Source: Octopus vulgaris | Taxonomy: Eukaryota | DNA: 64,000 nucleotides | Reading direction: 5' to 3' | Assembly (NCBI GenBank): GCA_951406725.2 | Contig: OX597814.1 | Span: 123,876,001-123,940,000, forward strand | The notes under the pieces: model-generated | Databases searched by the model: none | Told to the model about the DNA's origin: nothing | Seen by the model: the letters and a program-made list of their open reading frames with translations, nothing else | Made by a program: the position numbers and the translations under genes | Shown here: positions 27,227 through 42,249 of the stretch, piece after piece | Layout: every line of letters begins with the position of its first letter | Numbering within the stretch: the stretch's first letter is position 1

Positions 27227-27612
27227 TATAAAGACTTGCTCATTGAAATTGAGAAAATGTAGCATCTCAAGGCGGTTACAATACCAGTGATCGTAGGAGC
27301 ACTAGGAATGATCAAGAAGGGAACCGAAAATTATATGAGAATGATCCCTGGCTTACCATCCCTGCAAGAAGTGCAAAAGATTGTCTTAACTGGTACATCA
27401 CACGTATTGAGAAGAGCATTGTCGATGTGAGAACTATTACTACCCATGTATTTTAATTTAGCTTTATTTCTATATAAAAAAAAAAAAATTAACGAACTAG
27501 TGAGTTTAGTTTAATGGCCTACCAATGTACACAATGAGTTTCTTTGCCCTAGGAGTCGGGAAGACACTCGGCAAGAAATGGAAGCAAATTTGAAAGAAAA
27601 AGAAAAACCCAT
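27222..27612 (+). mobile_element. Well-preserved R4/Dong-like 3' end between (TAA)n tracts
   Basis: KYKDLLIEIEKM*HLKAVTIPVIVGALG...LQEVQKIVLTGTSHVLRRAL. Confidence 0.82.
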
Positions 27613-27906
27613 AAACAATAATAATTATTATTTCTTTAAGATCTGTAAACAAGTTGTGATGCTTTGAGGCCTGCAGTGGTAAAGAAGTCAGGTCACACTG
27701 ATCTATTCAACCATTCCTGATAACTGCTAGATTTGTCTTTTCATTTCTGGTATGAAACCATTTGCTAATAAAACTGGTTGTCATCAGGCTAAAATTTTAT
27801 ATAAATAGTAATGATATACCCACTCTGTACCTAAAATACAAGTATGGAATGCCTGTTATTTTCTGATACAGGGAATTTTGGACAATTTCACTCTCTGTCT
27901 CCTCTT

Positions 27907-27964
<58 letters not shown>

Positions 27965-28175
27965 TGTATGTATGTATGTATGTATGTATGTATGTATGTA
28001 TATATATGTATGTCTGTCCTCTATGTATGTACATACACACATACACGCACACACATGTACACATGCATACGTGCACAAGCACACATACACAGATATGATG
28101 TAAACAAAATACCGGCTGAAAATCAATCAATGTATACATATTAACATATGTGTGCATGTGTGTGTGTGTGTGTGC

Positions 28176-28215
<40 letters not shown>

Positions 28216-28357
28216 GGAGATAGACAGAAAGAGAGAGAAAGAGAAAGAGAGAGAGAAAGAGAGAAAGAAAGAGAGAAATCGAGAGAAATCAAGAGAGAGC
28301 AGGAATATACAAATGAAATGAAAATCAATCATGATATACCAGTGCATACATACATAA

Positions 28358-28400
<43 letters not shown>

Positions 28401-28681
28401 TACCTTTCCTCACATAATTATATTTCTGATAAAGATGTATAAAAATATATACACACGTATGTTACCTTTGTCAGCAAGCCATAAAAAGAACGCTGTTCAA
28501 AATATACTTGTTTATATAACCTCATAGCTAACATAAAGCAAAACAGTTATTTCATAAACAAAGCCAAAATGTTGTACATTCTGACTACCGTCTTTTCAGC
28601 AGTAAATATCCTGCAGTACAGTGCTCTACAAATGTTGGGTTTAATATTTAAAACACAGAAAACGATCTTTGTAATACAAAA

Positions 28682-29106
28682 TATTTCTTATTTCTTTATT
28701 GCCCACAAGTGGCTATACACAGAGGGGACATACAAGGACAGATAAACGGATTAAGTCGATTATATCGACGCCAGTGTATAACAGGTACTTCTTTAATTGA
28801 CCCTGAAAGGATGAAAGGCAAAATCGACCTCGGCAGAATTTGAACTCAGAACGTAACGGCAAGATGAAATACCTATTTCTTTACTACCCACAAGGGGCTA
28901 AATACAGAGGGAATGAACAAGGACAAACAAATGGATTAAGTCGATTATATCAACCCCAGTATGTAACTGGTACTTAATTTATCGACCCCGAAAGGATGAA
29001 AGGCAAAGTCAACCTGGGTGGAATTTGAACTCAGAACGTAGCTGCAGACGAAATACCGCTAAGCATTTCGCCCGGCGTGCTAACGTTTCTGCCAGCTCGC
29101 CGCCTT
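28682..29106 (-). mobile_element. SINE family C (Nin-domain-like), partial tandem dimer
   Basis: tRNA-like head AGGCGGCGAGCTGGCAG and GCCTTTCATCCTTTCGGGGTCGATAAATTAAGTACCAG core, with the body duplicated. Confidence 0.85.
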
Positions 29107-29789
29107 AATACAAAATATTTCTCATATACAGTATGAGTAGTTTTGTGCAATCTTTACAAAATTATCACATCCAATTCACTAACCATTCCTTCCACCTCTT
29201 CAGTTTCTTCTCTTAACCCCAGCTCCTTCCAGCTCCTTTTTACAAAGTGGGCTATGTCTCTCTTATTGTTATCCTTCAAGAAAATGGTCTCCAGTCCCTA
29301 AAATCCTTTCTTTACTATTGTAATACACTCAACTGTTGTACCCTTAGTCTCTCTTGCTTTTCCCAAATTTTCCCCACCTTCAACTACATCAACTCATTTG
29401 TGATCAGTTGAAGTCCAAATATTCACTCAATTAACTGGATCCATATGAACCTTAGACTGACAACCATACCAGCACCACATCCCTTATCCTTGAACAGCTC
29501 TTTTCTTTTATCACTTTTGTTAACTCCTTCAATTCTGATGTATATTTCCCACCCACCTTCTTCACCACCTCTTTATAACTTCCCAGAATTTCTGCTTCTA
29601 TTGACAGCCACAAGCTGTCCTTCCTTTTCTTTTATAAATTCACAGACTCCAATTCTTATCTCAGCTTCCTCTGAGCTCACCGCACTTTAACTAATTTGTG
29701 TAATTCCTTTATCTTCATTGCCTCTGTAACTCTAATTTTCATACTCAGTCATACCATATGGTCCACAATTTTCTACAACAGTGCTCCCT

Positions 29790-30192
29790 AACTGGCTCCC
29801 ATGCTGGTGGCATATAAAAAGCACCATCTGAAAGTGGTCGATACCAGTACCTGCTGACTGGCTACTGTGCCAGTGACACATAAAAAGCACCATCTGAACA
29901 TGGTCAATGCTAGTGCCCCCTGATGGGCTTCCATGCCGGTGGCACATAAAAAACACCATCCGAATGTGGCTGATGCCAGTGCCCCTGACTGACTCCTATA
30001 CTGGTGGCATGTAAAAAGCACCCACTACACTCTCGGAGTGGTTAGCATTAGGAAGGACATCCAGCTGTAGAAACATTGCCAGATCAGATTGGAGCCTCGT
30101 ACAGCCTTCTAGCTTGACAGTCCTCAGTCAAACCGTCCAACCCATTCCAGTTTGGAAGGCAGATGTTAAACAGTGATGATGATGATGATGAT
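29790..30192 (+). mobile_element. Repeat family B
   Basis: Tandem subunits plus (GAT)n tail. Confidence 0.8.
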
Positions 30193-31504
30193 GGCCATCT
30201 CCAAACAGAGTTGTCTTTAGGCATAAGCACACTTGACAGTTGCTCAGAAGCTGTATGTGGTTAGGAGCCCAATACTTAATCTATGTATGCTGTGGTCTGT
30301 AGTTAGCTACCAATAAACAAACGCAAAGTCCCCAGTGCATTGATTTGCTTAGAGGCTCATAAAGCTGTAAAAAATGCCTTATTCCCAACCAGCCATTAAC
30401 ATTACCTGCTGTCAGATCCATGCAGTTGAGCTTGCTCTTTTCCTACCTGCCTCATGTCCCTCTACCACCAACTGCCTTTCATCTACCTTTATCTCCCATC
30501 CCACCACCTTACCTCTGCAACACCCTATCCTACAAATCCTTCATCTCTTCCAGTCTGATCCTGCTATCTCCCACATCATCTATGAAAACTCTGTTTCCCT
30601 TCTCCCTTTTTTCAGATATCTTGTGACTGCTTGTTTAAATCATTCGAACCTTCTCATAAACATTGCACGAAAATACACTCTTGTTCTTCATGGGCAAAAC
30701 ATTTATTACTACATAGCTGCTATTTTGTAATTCATGTAGTAAATCCAATATTCATAGAATGTTGTTTTGTAATATAGTAAGATATTTATACACTAAGTGA
30801 TGGTTTTTGAATTTTACAACATTTTGGCCTTGTTTATGAAATAACTAAGCTTTGCTTTATGGTAGCTTCAAGGCATCATAAACAAGTATATTTCATGCAG
30901 TGTCCTTTCTGTGACCTTTTGATGAAGGCAGCATATATATTGCTGTATATACACTGGTGTGGCTCTATGGTTAAGGAATTCACTTCACAATCCTATAGTT
31001 TCAGGTTCAGTCCCACTGCACAGCATACTTGGCAAGTACCTCCTACTATAGCCCCTGGTCAACCAATACCATGTGAGTGACTTTGGCAAATGGAAACTCA
31101 TGAGGTTTGGTTTGTTAAAAAATCCTGTAACCTGGGGTAACTTTGGTAAAAAGAGACTGATTGAATTAGTACCAGACCTTAAAATAAATACCAAGGGTGA
31201 TTTGACCAACTAAAACCCTTCAGGGTGTTGCTCCAGCATGGCTGCAGTCCAATGATTGAAACAAGAAAAAGAAATAAAGAATGTCCACCAGAAATATAAT
31301 AATCCCTTGAATTACATGTGAGAAGGTGGGGGCATAGGTGCAGAAATGACTGTGTGGTAATAAGCTTGCTTCCCAACCACATGGTTCTGGGTTCAGTTCC
31401 ACAGCACGGCACCTTGAGAAAATGTCCTCTGCTGTAACCTATAACTTCAAGCTATAGTAGTGAGTGGATTTGGTAGAGGGAAACTGAAAGAAGCACATTG
31501 TATA

Positions 31505-33804
31505 TCTATAATATAAATCCTGTTCTGTGTGTGTGTGGGTGTGTAAAAGGTTATAACGGCTGTATTTTCAACTGATTTTCTCCAAACTGGGAACATACAT
31601 TATTTATGTTCAAGGGATGGTTTTAGACTCTTAAAAGTTTTCACGTAATGAGTAACGGGCTCCTGGGGGCAGAAAATACCCATTCCTGGGTTACGTGGAG
31701 AAGAAAGGTAATTCTTTGTGAACTAACTTTCAGAAATTGATTGTTTCCCTTACATCCATTGGTCATAAAAAAGTAAAAATATTGCTTTTACATTAGATTC
31801 ACATCTTTGAAAGTTTAAAAAAATATTTACTTCTGGCTGTCTAGCGTTGTTGACGTTTATATCTCTGTATCCATCTCTCTCTATTTCTCTATCTATATCT
31901 CTCTATTAGTCTCTATCTCTATTTATCTATCTATCTATATCTATCTTATTTATCTGACTAGCTAGCTCTTTCTTCCCCTATTTCTATATCTCACTCACTC
32001 TCTATTGTTTTCACTTTCACTTTTCAGATGCTATTGTTTTCACTTTAAGTTCAATTGCTATTGTTTTCACTGTTAGTTTATAATTGCTATTTACAAAGAA
32101 CAATGACAAATTACTGACAGAAAGAAGATCACAATTACTGATAAATGTAATTTCATACATAATTTACTGACAGAAGTAACTTCATAAATTTCACTTCAAT
32201 CCATACACTTCGTTAAATTTGCCTACAAATTTCTTATTTAATTTGGCAACATTTTGTGTTTTAATGTTGTTGACAGAATTACTGATAAAAGTAAGTTCAT
32301 AATTTACTGACAGAAGTAACTTCGAAAATTTCACTTAAATCCATACACTTAGTTAATTTTCCTAAAAAATTCTTATTTACTTTAGCAATGGTTTTGTGTT
32401 TTTCTGTTGTTAACAGCTTTTTTTTCCTGGTTCCTTTGATACTGGCTCTTTGGTTCACTGAAAAATTTTGCTTCAACCTGTGCAATTTTTTATTTTCTGT
32501 AAAAATTTCTTATTTATTTTCTCTTGTATTAAGAAATATAATTTCTGTTACCCAGTTATTTTCACTATTTGCTGTCTTCTGCACCCCTGTATTTCTGTAT
32601 ATGTAACCATGCCTAGAAGGAAAGTGTCAAATTTGTCTACAATGTCAAGGTCAGCCAGGGAAAGAGAGACAGCTGTAGAAAGGGAAGCATGCCAAGAAAT
32701 GAACAGACTGTGCACTACAAAAGTCAGAGTATCTCAAAGTGATGAACAGAGGTATGCACAGCTGACAAGGTATAGGATCGCCACTGCAGAATGAAGAGCA
32801 GTTGCAACAGCTCAGAGAAGCGACTTCTATGAAGCAGCTTTCAATTATGATCCAGCAGTTTATTATGCAGATGACATTAGAGTTTCCATTGGTGCAATGG
32901 CAACTGAGTGCATACATTGTAAAGCAAGGAAGTGGCCTGGTGGGACACTTGCACTGTGCTGCAATGGTGGAAAGGCTAAACTTCCTGCAATCCCCAGCCT
33001 CCAGAGTCATTGAAGAAACTGTTGTAATCAACTGACCAAGATTCCAAACAAAATTAGACAATTCAATGCTGCACTACAGATGACATCATTTGGAGCCACA
33101 AGAGATTTAACTGAGCCTGGATTCATGCCAACTTTCAAGATCCAAGGTCAGATTTATCATCGGATTGGCTTTCTACTACCTCTGTCAAATGAATCCCCAA
33201 AATTGGCTTTTCATTGTTTATAATCTGTACCTGTTTTTTGATTATGAAATAAGCTAGATAAAACGTGTTTTTGAATTATGTGTATTTACTTTATATACAT
33301 ATTTGTTTGTTCCTTCTCGAGCCATGCCTGGCTCATAAGGGCCGGTTTCTAGGTTTCCTTGGCATATAGGTTCCCCACCTGGACAGGACGCCGGTCCGTC
33401 GCAGGTGAGCTGCAAGATGTAAGAGGAAAGAGTGAGAGAAAGTTGTGGCGAAAAAGTCAGCAGAAGTTCACCATTACCTTCTGCTAGAGCTGTGTGGAGC
33501 TTAGGTGTTTCGCTCATAAACACACACATCACCCGGTCTGAGATTCGAACCTGCGATACCTCGATCACGAGTCCACTGCTCTAAACACTAGGCCATGTCC
33601 CTCCACTTATATACATATATGAGTTGCAAACTTACTTTTAACATTTCACTTAACGTCTATGTTCCATGCTGGCATGGGTTGGAGAGTTACTAATGTAGAA
33701 AGTTGGTATCTCAGCTACTAGCAGTTGAGACCTGTATAATGTAGATGGCGTTTTTAAATTTCATTATTCTCTTTAACCCGGGCAATGCCAGGTATTTCTA
33801 CTAG
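31505..33804 (+). mobile_element. Internally deleted Helitron with Rep N-terminal remnant
   Basis: A|TC 5' end, CTAG|T 3' end and subterminal hairpin at 33777-33792. Coding remnant 32609-33205: AAFNYDP..IGAM..C.HC.A.KWP....CC..GK..LP, IRQFNAALQMTSFG, FMPTFKIQGQIYHRIG.LLP. Confidence 0.9.
33300..33607 (-). mobile_element. tRNA-derived SINE family D nested in the Helitron
   Basis: GTGGAGGGACATGGCCTAGTG..GGTTCGAATCTC head; related copy at 52548-52902. Confidence 0.8.
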
Positions 33805-33805
33805 T

Positions 33806-33934
<129 letters not shown>

Positions 33935-35035
33935 ATATCTTTGTGTCTGTCCCCACTACAGTTTGACAACCGTTGTTAGTTTGTTTACATCCTTGTAACT
34001 TAGCAGTTCAGCAAAAGAGAAAGATAGAATAAGTTCTAGGCTTTAAAAAAAATGAAATAAATACTGGAATGGATCTGTTTGACTAAAATTCTTCAAAGAT
34101 CGTGCCCCAGCATGGCCACAGTCTAATGACTGAAATAAGTACAAGATAAAAGATAGAAGATATCTATTTACATATTTATATATGCATAAATAGATGGACA
34201 GACAGTCAGATATAGATATGGATATGCATTGTTGATTGATTTTCAGATGTCATTCTGTTAAAGTTATAATTTATTATGTTATCAGTTTGAACTTGTCTTA
34301 AGTCTATTTGATCCTTCTCATAAACTTTCCATGAAAATACATGCTTGTATATGAGAACTATAATGTCATCACCACCACCACGACCACCACCACCACACCA
34401 CCATCGCCGCTGCCACCGCCACCGCCACCAACACCGCTGCCACTGCCGCCGCCAGCACTAGCATCACCACAACCCCTATCGCCACTATCGCAACTATCGT
34501 CACCATCCCCACCATCGCCACCACTGTGACCACCACCACAATGATAGTGACAATGATGAAGATGTTACTGATATATAATATTTCTTAAATACAAAAGAAG
34601 TGTACTTTAATGCAGATTTTATAAAAGTGCATATCATCATCATAATCATCAGCATCTCCTCCTCCTCCTCCTCCTCCTCCTCCTTATCTTATGTCTATGT
34701 TTCTATGTTGATATGCATTGAATGGTTTTCTGCAGCTTTGTTTTATGATATGACACTCTGCCCATTGCCAAACCTTTTAGCCCCCTCCTATGACCAGGCA
34801 ACACAGTATATCACATAATAACACACATCCATAATATACCCATACATCCATGTACACATACACATACATACACATACATTCACTCACACATATATATCCA
34901 CTTACCTGATCGTCTGTTTACCAAGTGAACACGAGATGTTTCATTAACCCATCAGAAAACGAGGACAGACAGATGGTCACCAACACTAAATCTTTCACTG
35001 ATGAAGAATATAACACTCAATGAAGAACTGGATGT

Positions 35036-35920
35036 ACTTCTTTACTACCCACAAGGGGCTAAACACAGAGGGGACAAACAAGGAAAGACAAAGGGATTAA
35101 GTCGATTACATCGATCCCAGTGCATAACTGGTACTTAGTTTATCGACCCCGAAAGGACGAAAGGCAAAGTCGACCTAGGCGGAATTTGAACTCAGAATGT
35201 AGCGGCAGACAAAATACCTATTTCTTTACTACCCACAAGGGGCTAAACACAGAGGGGACAAACAAGGAAAGACAAAGGGATTAAGTCGATTACATCGATC
35301 CCAGTGCGTAACTGGTACTTAATTTATCGACCCCGAAAGGATGAAAGGCAAAGTCGACCTCAGTGGAATTTGAACTCGGAACGTAATGACAGACAAAATA
35401 CAATGAAGAACTGGATGGATCACAGAGAAAAGACATTTTGGAAAAGGAGGCTATGGCAACTAAAAGATCTCTCAGTTAGATGGAGGTTCAAAGAAGTTTG
35501 AGAGTGTCTTGAACATTAAGAAGAAGAAGATAAAGATTTAAGGCGGCGAGCTGGCAGAATGGTTAAGCACGCCGGGTGAAATACTTAGCGGTATTTCGTC
35601 TGTCTTTACGTTGTGAGTTCAAATTCCGCCAAGGTCGACTTTGCCTTTCAACCTCTCGGGGTTGATTAAATAAGTACCAATTACACACTGGGGTCGATAT
35701 AATCAACTTAATCCGTTTGTCTGTCCTTGTTTGTCCCATCTGTGTTTATCCCCTTGTGGGTAGTAAAGAAATAGGTATTTTATCTGCCGCTACATTCTGA
35801 GTTCAATTCTGCTGAGGTCGACTTTAGCTTTCATCCTTTTGGAGTTGATAAATTAAGTATCAGTTGTGTACTGTGATTGATGTCAAGGACTTGCCTCTTC
35901 CCCAGAATTTCAGGCCTTGT
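35036..35920. mobile_element. Two SINE family C dimers in opposite orientation (35036-35395 minus; 35540-35920 plus)
   Basis: Direct homology to 28682-29106. Confidence 0.85.
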
Positions 35921-35927
35921 ACCTATG

Positions 35928-36132
35928 CTTTTTCTCTTTTACTTGTTTCAGTCATTTGACTGTGGCTATGCTGGAGCACCACCTTTTTAGTTGAGCAAAT
36001 TGCCCCAGTACTTATTCTTTGTAAGCCTAGTATCTATTCTATCTGTCTCTTTTGCTGAACTGTTAAGATACGGGGACGTAAACACACCAGCGTCAATTGT
36101 CAAGCGATGTTGGGGGGACAAAGACAGACACA

Positions 36133-36179
<47 letters not shown>

Positions 36180-36340
36180 GATGGGCTTCTTTCAGTTTCC
36201 ATCAACCAAATCCACTCACAAGGCTTTGGTCGGCCTGAGGCTATAGTAGAAGATACTTGCCCAAGGTGCCACGCAGTGGGACTGAACCCAAAACCATGTG
36301 GCTGGTAAACAAGCTACTTACCATACAGCCACTCCTACAC
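35928..36340 (-). mobile_element. SINE family A
   Basis: Full copy. Confidence 0.87.
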
Positions 36341-37530
36341 CTATAGAAAGGAAATAAAAATTTATAACATAGAGGACAGACATAGAGCCTGGACAGCTCT
36401 CTGACTGGGCCAGCTCCTGTCAAACTGTCCAACCCATGCCAGCATGGAAAACGGACGTTAAAAGGTGATGATGATGATGTGCAAGACAAATTAGAGTTTT
36501 GCAAGTCACAGACCAGATCTATGATTAGAGAAGGATGATAATTGTGGAATGGTGTTGTAGATAGAGCTACAAAGGCTAAGAGGCAGCTATAGAGGCTAAA
36601 GGATGGACAAAATGGAGAATCAAGGAATAATATATTAGGTTGCTGAAAGGTAGAAAGCTGGCAGAACCAATTAGCATGCTGGGCAAAATGCTTAGCAGCA
36701 TTTCATCTTTTTTTTATGTTCTGTGTTCAAATTCCATCAAAGTTGACTTAGCTTTTCATCATTTTGGGGTTGATAAAATAAGTTCAACTGTGGTTGATGT
36801 AATTGACTTCCTTCTCCTCCTCAAAGACTGCTGGCCTTGTGCCAAAATTTGAAGCCATTATTATTATATTATTGTTATTATTGAGGCAGTGAACTGTTAG
36901 AGTTGTTAGCACACCAAAACAAAATGCTTAGGGGCATTTCAACTGTCTTAATGTTTTGAGTTCAAATTCCACTGAGATCGACTTTGCTTTTCGTCCTTTC
37001 AGGGTCGATAAAATAAGGACCAGTTAAACACTGGGATCAATGTAACTGACTTGCCCCTGTCCCCAAAATTGCTGGTGTTATGCCAGAATTTGAAATCAAC
37101 ATTAGGTTGCTGAAAGAGAAGGTAGATGTAAGGTATATGCAGTGTAAATGGAAGCTGATTGTTAGGTGTTTGCCAATGTTCTGCAACCAAGGGCTAAGTA
37201 ATGTGAGGTGTTCCAGACTGCAAAGCAATGTGACTGGGTGACCCAGGACACAATAAGGGAAACATGTGTTCAGAGTGAGTGACAGTGAGCCAATAATTCT
37301 TTTCTACTCTAGACACAAGACCCAAAATTTTGGGGGAGGGGGCCAGTCAATTAGTTCAACCCCAGTACACAACTGGTACTTAATTTATTGACCCCGAAAG
37401 GATGAAAGGCAAATTAAACCTCAACAGAATTTGAACTTAGAACGTAAAGACATACGAAATACTATTTAGCATTTCATCTGGTGTGTTAACGTTTCTGCCA
37501 GCTCACCACCTTAGATAGGCCGATTATTTT

Positions 37531-37813
37531 TAACAAAAAATATTCGTAGCCACTTTAACATAGCTTTCCGTTTCAGCGGACTCTACTGCAATGTTTGCCT
37601 GCAGTCATTACTATTGAGCTTTGTATACAATTGTTTATTCTTTTGCTCAGGAGCCCAGGTGGAGGGTAAAGTTAGACACAGGACTCCAGGTCTGAGAGGG
37701 TTAAGGATGTGAATGAAGATGAAACAGCTGATGTCCTCTTGGGGTTAAGAAATCACAGTAGAATCTGTTTGAATGGACAGCCATGTTAAAGTGGCTACAA
37801 ATATTATTTGTCA
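37531..37813. mobile_element. MITE-like element with ~58-bp TIRs; internal part duplicated at 37921-38051
   Basis: ACAAAAAATATTCGTAGCCACTTTAACAT / ATGTTAAAGTGGCTACAAATATTATTTGT. Confidence 0.7.
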
Positions 37814-38881
37814 GTGCAACTACTGCCTTGATCTCTTAGAAATTTTTAGAACTAGCATTTTTGCTTGTTCCTATTATTTATTATCGTTCCTCTGAATTAT
37901 TTTGTGATTCTGTTCATTAATTTGCCTGCAGTCTTTACTCTTGAGCTGTGTGTACAGCTATTTATTTCTTTTGCTCAGGAGCCTAGGTGGAGGGTAAAGT
38001 CAGACACAAGGGTCCATTTCTGAGAGGGTTAAGGATGTGAATGCAGATGAAGTAGTTGAACCATTAGGGTCAGTCAGTGAGATTGCATACCAAGGGAAAC
38101 ATGAGAAAAAGTAGTGAAAACTGATCTCAGAATATAGAACCTTATGAATGAAATGGTGAGTGATCATGACAATTGGTGAAATACTGTACAGGAAAAGAGC
38201 CATCTAACCCATGCAAACATGGGAAATAGATGTAAAACTGATGCTGGTGCTGATGATGATTTATATACATATGTCTACATGCACGATCTGTTGGTTGTGC
38301 CATGTTAACTTGAAATGTAAGATAGAAAATAGAGAAACTGAGAAATCGACTGTGTCAGGAAAGGTATGGACATGTCTTTATGAAAGGATAATGAATGATG
38401 GGTGAAAAATGTTATGGGATGCTGATGGAGGGATCCTGTGATAAAGGAGAACTGGGAAACACATGGGAAGTGGTGGTGAGGTGGTGAGGTTACACATCTC
38501 GCAATGTTCAACAGCTCAGAAGAATTGAAGCGTTGAGACCACTGGTGATGTGCAGCACAGCAGACATGCAGGAGAAGATGTTAAGATGTTGTTGGGAATG
38601 ATGAAGACAGCGGCGGTGGTGGCAGTGGTGGTGGCAGTGGTGGTGGTTGTGATTGTGATGCTGGTAATGGTGATGGTGTCAAGGGTGATGATAATGGTTT
38701 ATGGTGGTGATGTACTGCAGCTGAAGATGATGATGATGATGATGGTGGATATTGGTGAGGATCTTGATCATGATGATGTTAGTGACAGCAATGATTATGA
38801 TGAAGATAATGATGATGATGTTGAAGATGATGATGATGGTGCTGTATTTTCTAGTGGTGATTATAAAGATAATACACCAGC

Positions 38882-38956
<75 letters not shown>

Positions 38957-39373
38957 CAATGTATACATACATATACATACATACAAATACATATATGTAT
39001 GTGTATATATAATATATGACTGTATATATACACTCATGCATGCATACATACATACATATATATATATGTATGTATATATATGTGTGTATATATTATATAT
39101 GCATATGTATATATATATATATATGTATACACACGCGTGCACACACACACACATACACACACACACACATATATATGAACATATTTTTCAGAGAAGCAAA
39201 TATGAACACATGCATATATATATATATATATATATACCAATATATAAACACATACACACAGACACATGTAAATAAAAAAGAAAAATGAAGGGGACACAGT
39301 GAGGGAGTGAGACAGAAAGAGAGGAGGAAAGAGAAAGAGAGGGAGAGAATGAGAGGAAGGGAGAAAGTGAGAT

Positions 39374-39427
<54 letters not shown>

Positions 39428-40248
39428 CCTATCATGTAACTTCCAAAAGATATGTAGATGTAGCACTTTCTATTGTCCTGGATCAACCATCTCCTGGGAT
39501 TTGAATAACCTCTGTGATCTTATTCTTCTATCAAACTGAAATATTAGACATGACAAACTATGGATGTGAGGATATACATCAGATAACAACAACATCAACA
39601 ACAACAAGCAAAGGAGACAATAACACAGAGCTATCTGTACTGAAGGATTGAATCCTAACATATAATATGAATGTGTGTGTATGAGTGTATGAACACATAC
39701 TATATGTAAGTGTGTATGCATGCATGTGTTTGCGCACGTGTGTGTGTGTGTGTGTGTATATATATGATTTTCAACTGAGATTAAACTGGTCAGTCACTGT
39801 GAGGAATTGTATTCTTCAATTCCCTCAATTATACATACATACATACATACATACATACATACATAGCATACATATATACTTACATAACATAAGATACATG
39901 CATACATATATACTTACATAACATAAGATACATGCATACATATATATACATACATATATATGCGTGTGTGTGTGTGTGTATGTATACATATATTTGTATA
40001 TGTATATATATTTATATGTGTATGTGCGCATAAGTGTATGTGTGTGTGTGCATCATATATATACAGATCAATATCAGCTAAAGGCTGGGGAAGCACAATA
40101 CACACACATCTGTACACACAGACTCTCATATAAATAAATAAATAAATATACAAATAAATAAACCAATAAATAAATATATATTCAATTCTCTACTGAGATG
40201 AAACTGGTCAGTCACTGTGAGGAATTGTATCTTCAATTCCCTCAATAA

Positions 40249-40303
<55 letters not shown>

Positions 40304-40404
40304 GTATGTATGCTGCGCAAAGATCAATCTCTACGAAGGTTTAGAGAACTATAATGTGTGCATATATATATATATATACATACACGCATATACACAAATG
40401 TATA

Positions 40405-40448
<44 letters not shown>

Positions 40449-40629
40449 CTAATAAACAGGTGCTCACTCATACATACACTTGCACACATTAGTATTCAAT
40501 TCTCTGCATAAATCCAGATTTTTAACCTTCAGTATCCACCGATGACTTGTGAGGTATAACAAATAGTTACACACACGCAAACATACATCTGTGTAAATAT
40601 ATAGTTATGGTATATTTTCCAAATTTTTC

Positions 40630-40781
<152 letters not shown>

Positions 40782-41335
40782 GACAATCTTTCTATGTATG
40801 TATGTATCTATCCATCCATTCATCCATCCATCCATCTATCTAACTACCTATAAACACATGGATCTATACACTCATGTATACAGTCACTTCTATACATGCA
40901 TGCATATATATACATATATGTACATGCATACACACACACACACACACACACATGTACATTTATTTATTCTCATGTCTTTTTGGTGATGTCAATCTCAGGA
41001 CTCTAGCTGCACCTTCAAGGTATAGTCAATATAATTGATGATAACTTCAACATATAGTCAATTATGTCCAATCTCAGTTCCTGACTGGTGTTTATTTCCT
41101 GATGCCGCAAGGATCAATCGGAGAAAAAAAAATAGAAAAAACAAATGGTGGCTTATGTGAGATTTAAACTCAGAATGTTAGGGACACAACCAAATATCAT
41201 AAGCATTTTTTTATCTGATGGTCTCTCAATTCTAATAATTCAATAAGGTATGTGTGTGTGTGTGTGTATAATATATATATATGTTACATATATCTTACAT
41301 ATATATGTATTACATATATATATATATACATACAC

Positions 41336-41384
<49 letters not shown>

Positions 41385-41424
41385 ATATATATATATGATT
41401 GACTGCTAAATCCACAAGTTTTTT

Positions 41425-41578
41425 TTTATTCTCTCTGTTTATTTCCTTGTGTTCCTTTCTGTTGAAGAGCATAGGTTCAAAACAAAAGACTTTCTCATCT
41501 TCCCGAGTGTTAAACTAATACACCTGTTTGTTGTTTACACACCTGTCTTCGTCTTTTCTTTTTCTGTAAATTTCAACT
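41425..41578 (+). mobile_element. Penelope-like tail family T1 with degenerate HHR-like motif
   Basis: cttt-CTGTTGA-a-gagc-atag-gttc-aaaac-aaaag; ends in (TA)n. Confidence 0.65.
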
Positions 41579-41989
41579 ATATATATGTACACACACACAC
41601 ACACGTATATGAATATATTGTCATCATCATCATTGCTTAACATCCATGCTGGCATGGGCAGGATGGTTTGGCAGGAGACAGCCAAGCAGAAGCCTGCACC
41701 AGACTTCTTTGGCAGGATTTTTACAGCTGGATGCCCTTCCTAACTCCAATCACCAAGTAGAGTGAATTAGTGCTTTTTATGTGGCACAAGCACAGGCAAG
41801 ATCAGTTTTGGCAAGGTTATTACAGTTGGATGCCCTTCCAAATGCCAACCACTTTACAGTGTAGATTGAATGGTTTTTTAAGTGGCACCTGCACTGACAG
41901 CGTCACCAAGTAACTTGCGAGACAAAAATCTTTTGAGAGGGGAGGGAACATTGAAGGAGGTGACCTTGTGTCAGATGATGAAAGGTTAT

Positions 41990-42032
<43 letters not shown>

Positions 42033-42158
42033 ACAGAAACAGGTATGCTGCCGCAAAGGAGATCCATGGTTACTCAACCTGAGGGAAGTGCAGGGGAAGG
42101 TGAGAGAGACATCAGGATAGAGATGGTGGAAAAGTGCTGGGCATACATATACTATACT

Positions 42159-42205
<47 letters not shown>

Positions 42206-42249
42206 ATATATATATATATACGAGTGAGACGCTAAGAGTACCATATGAG

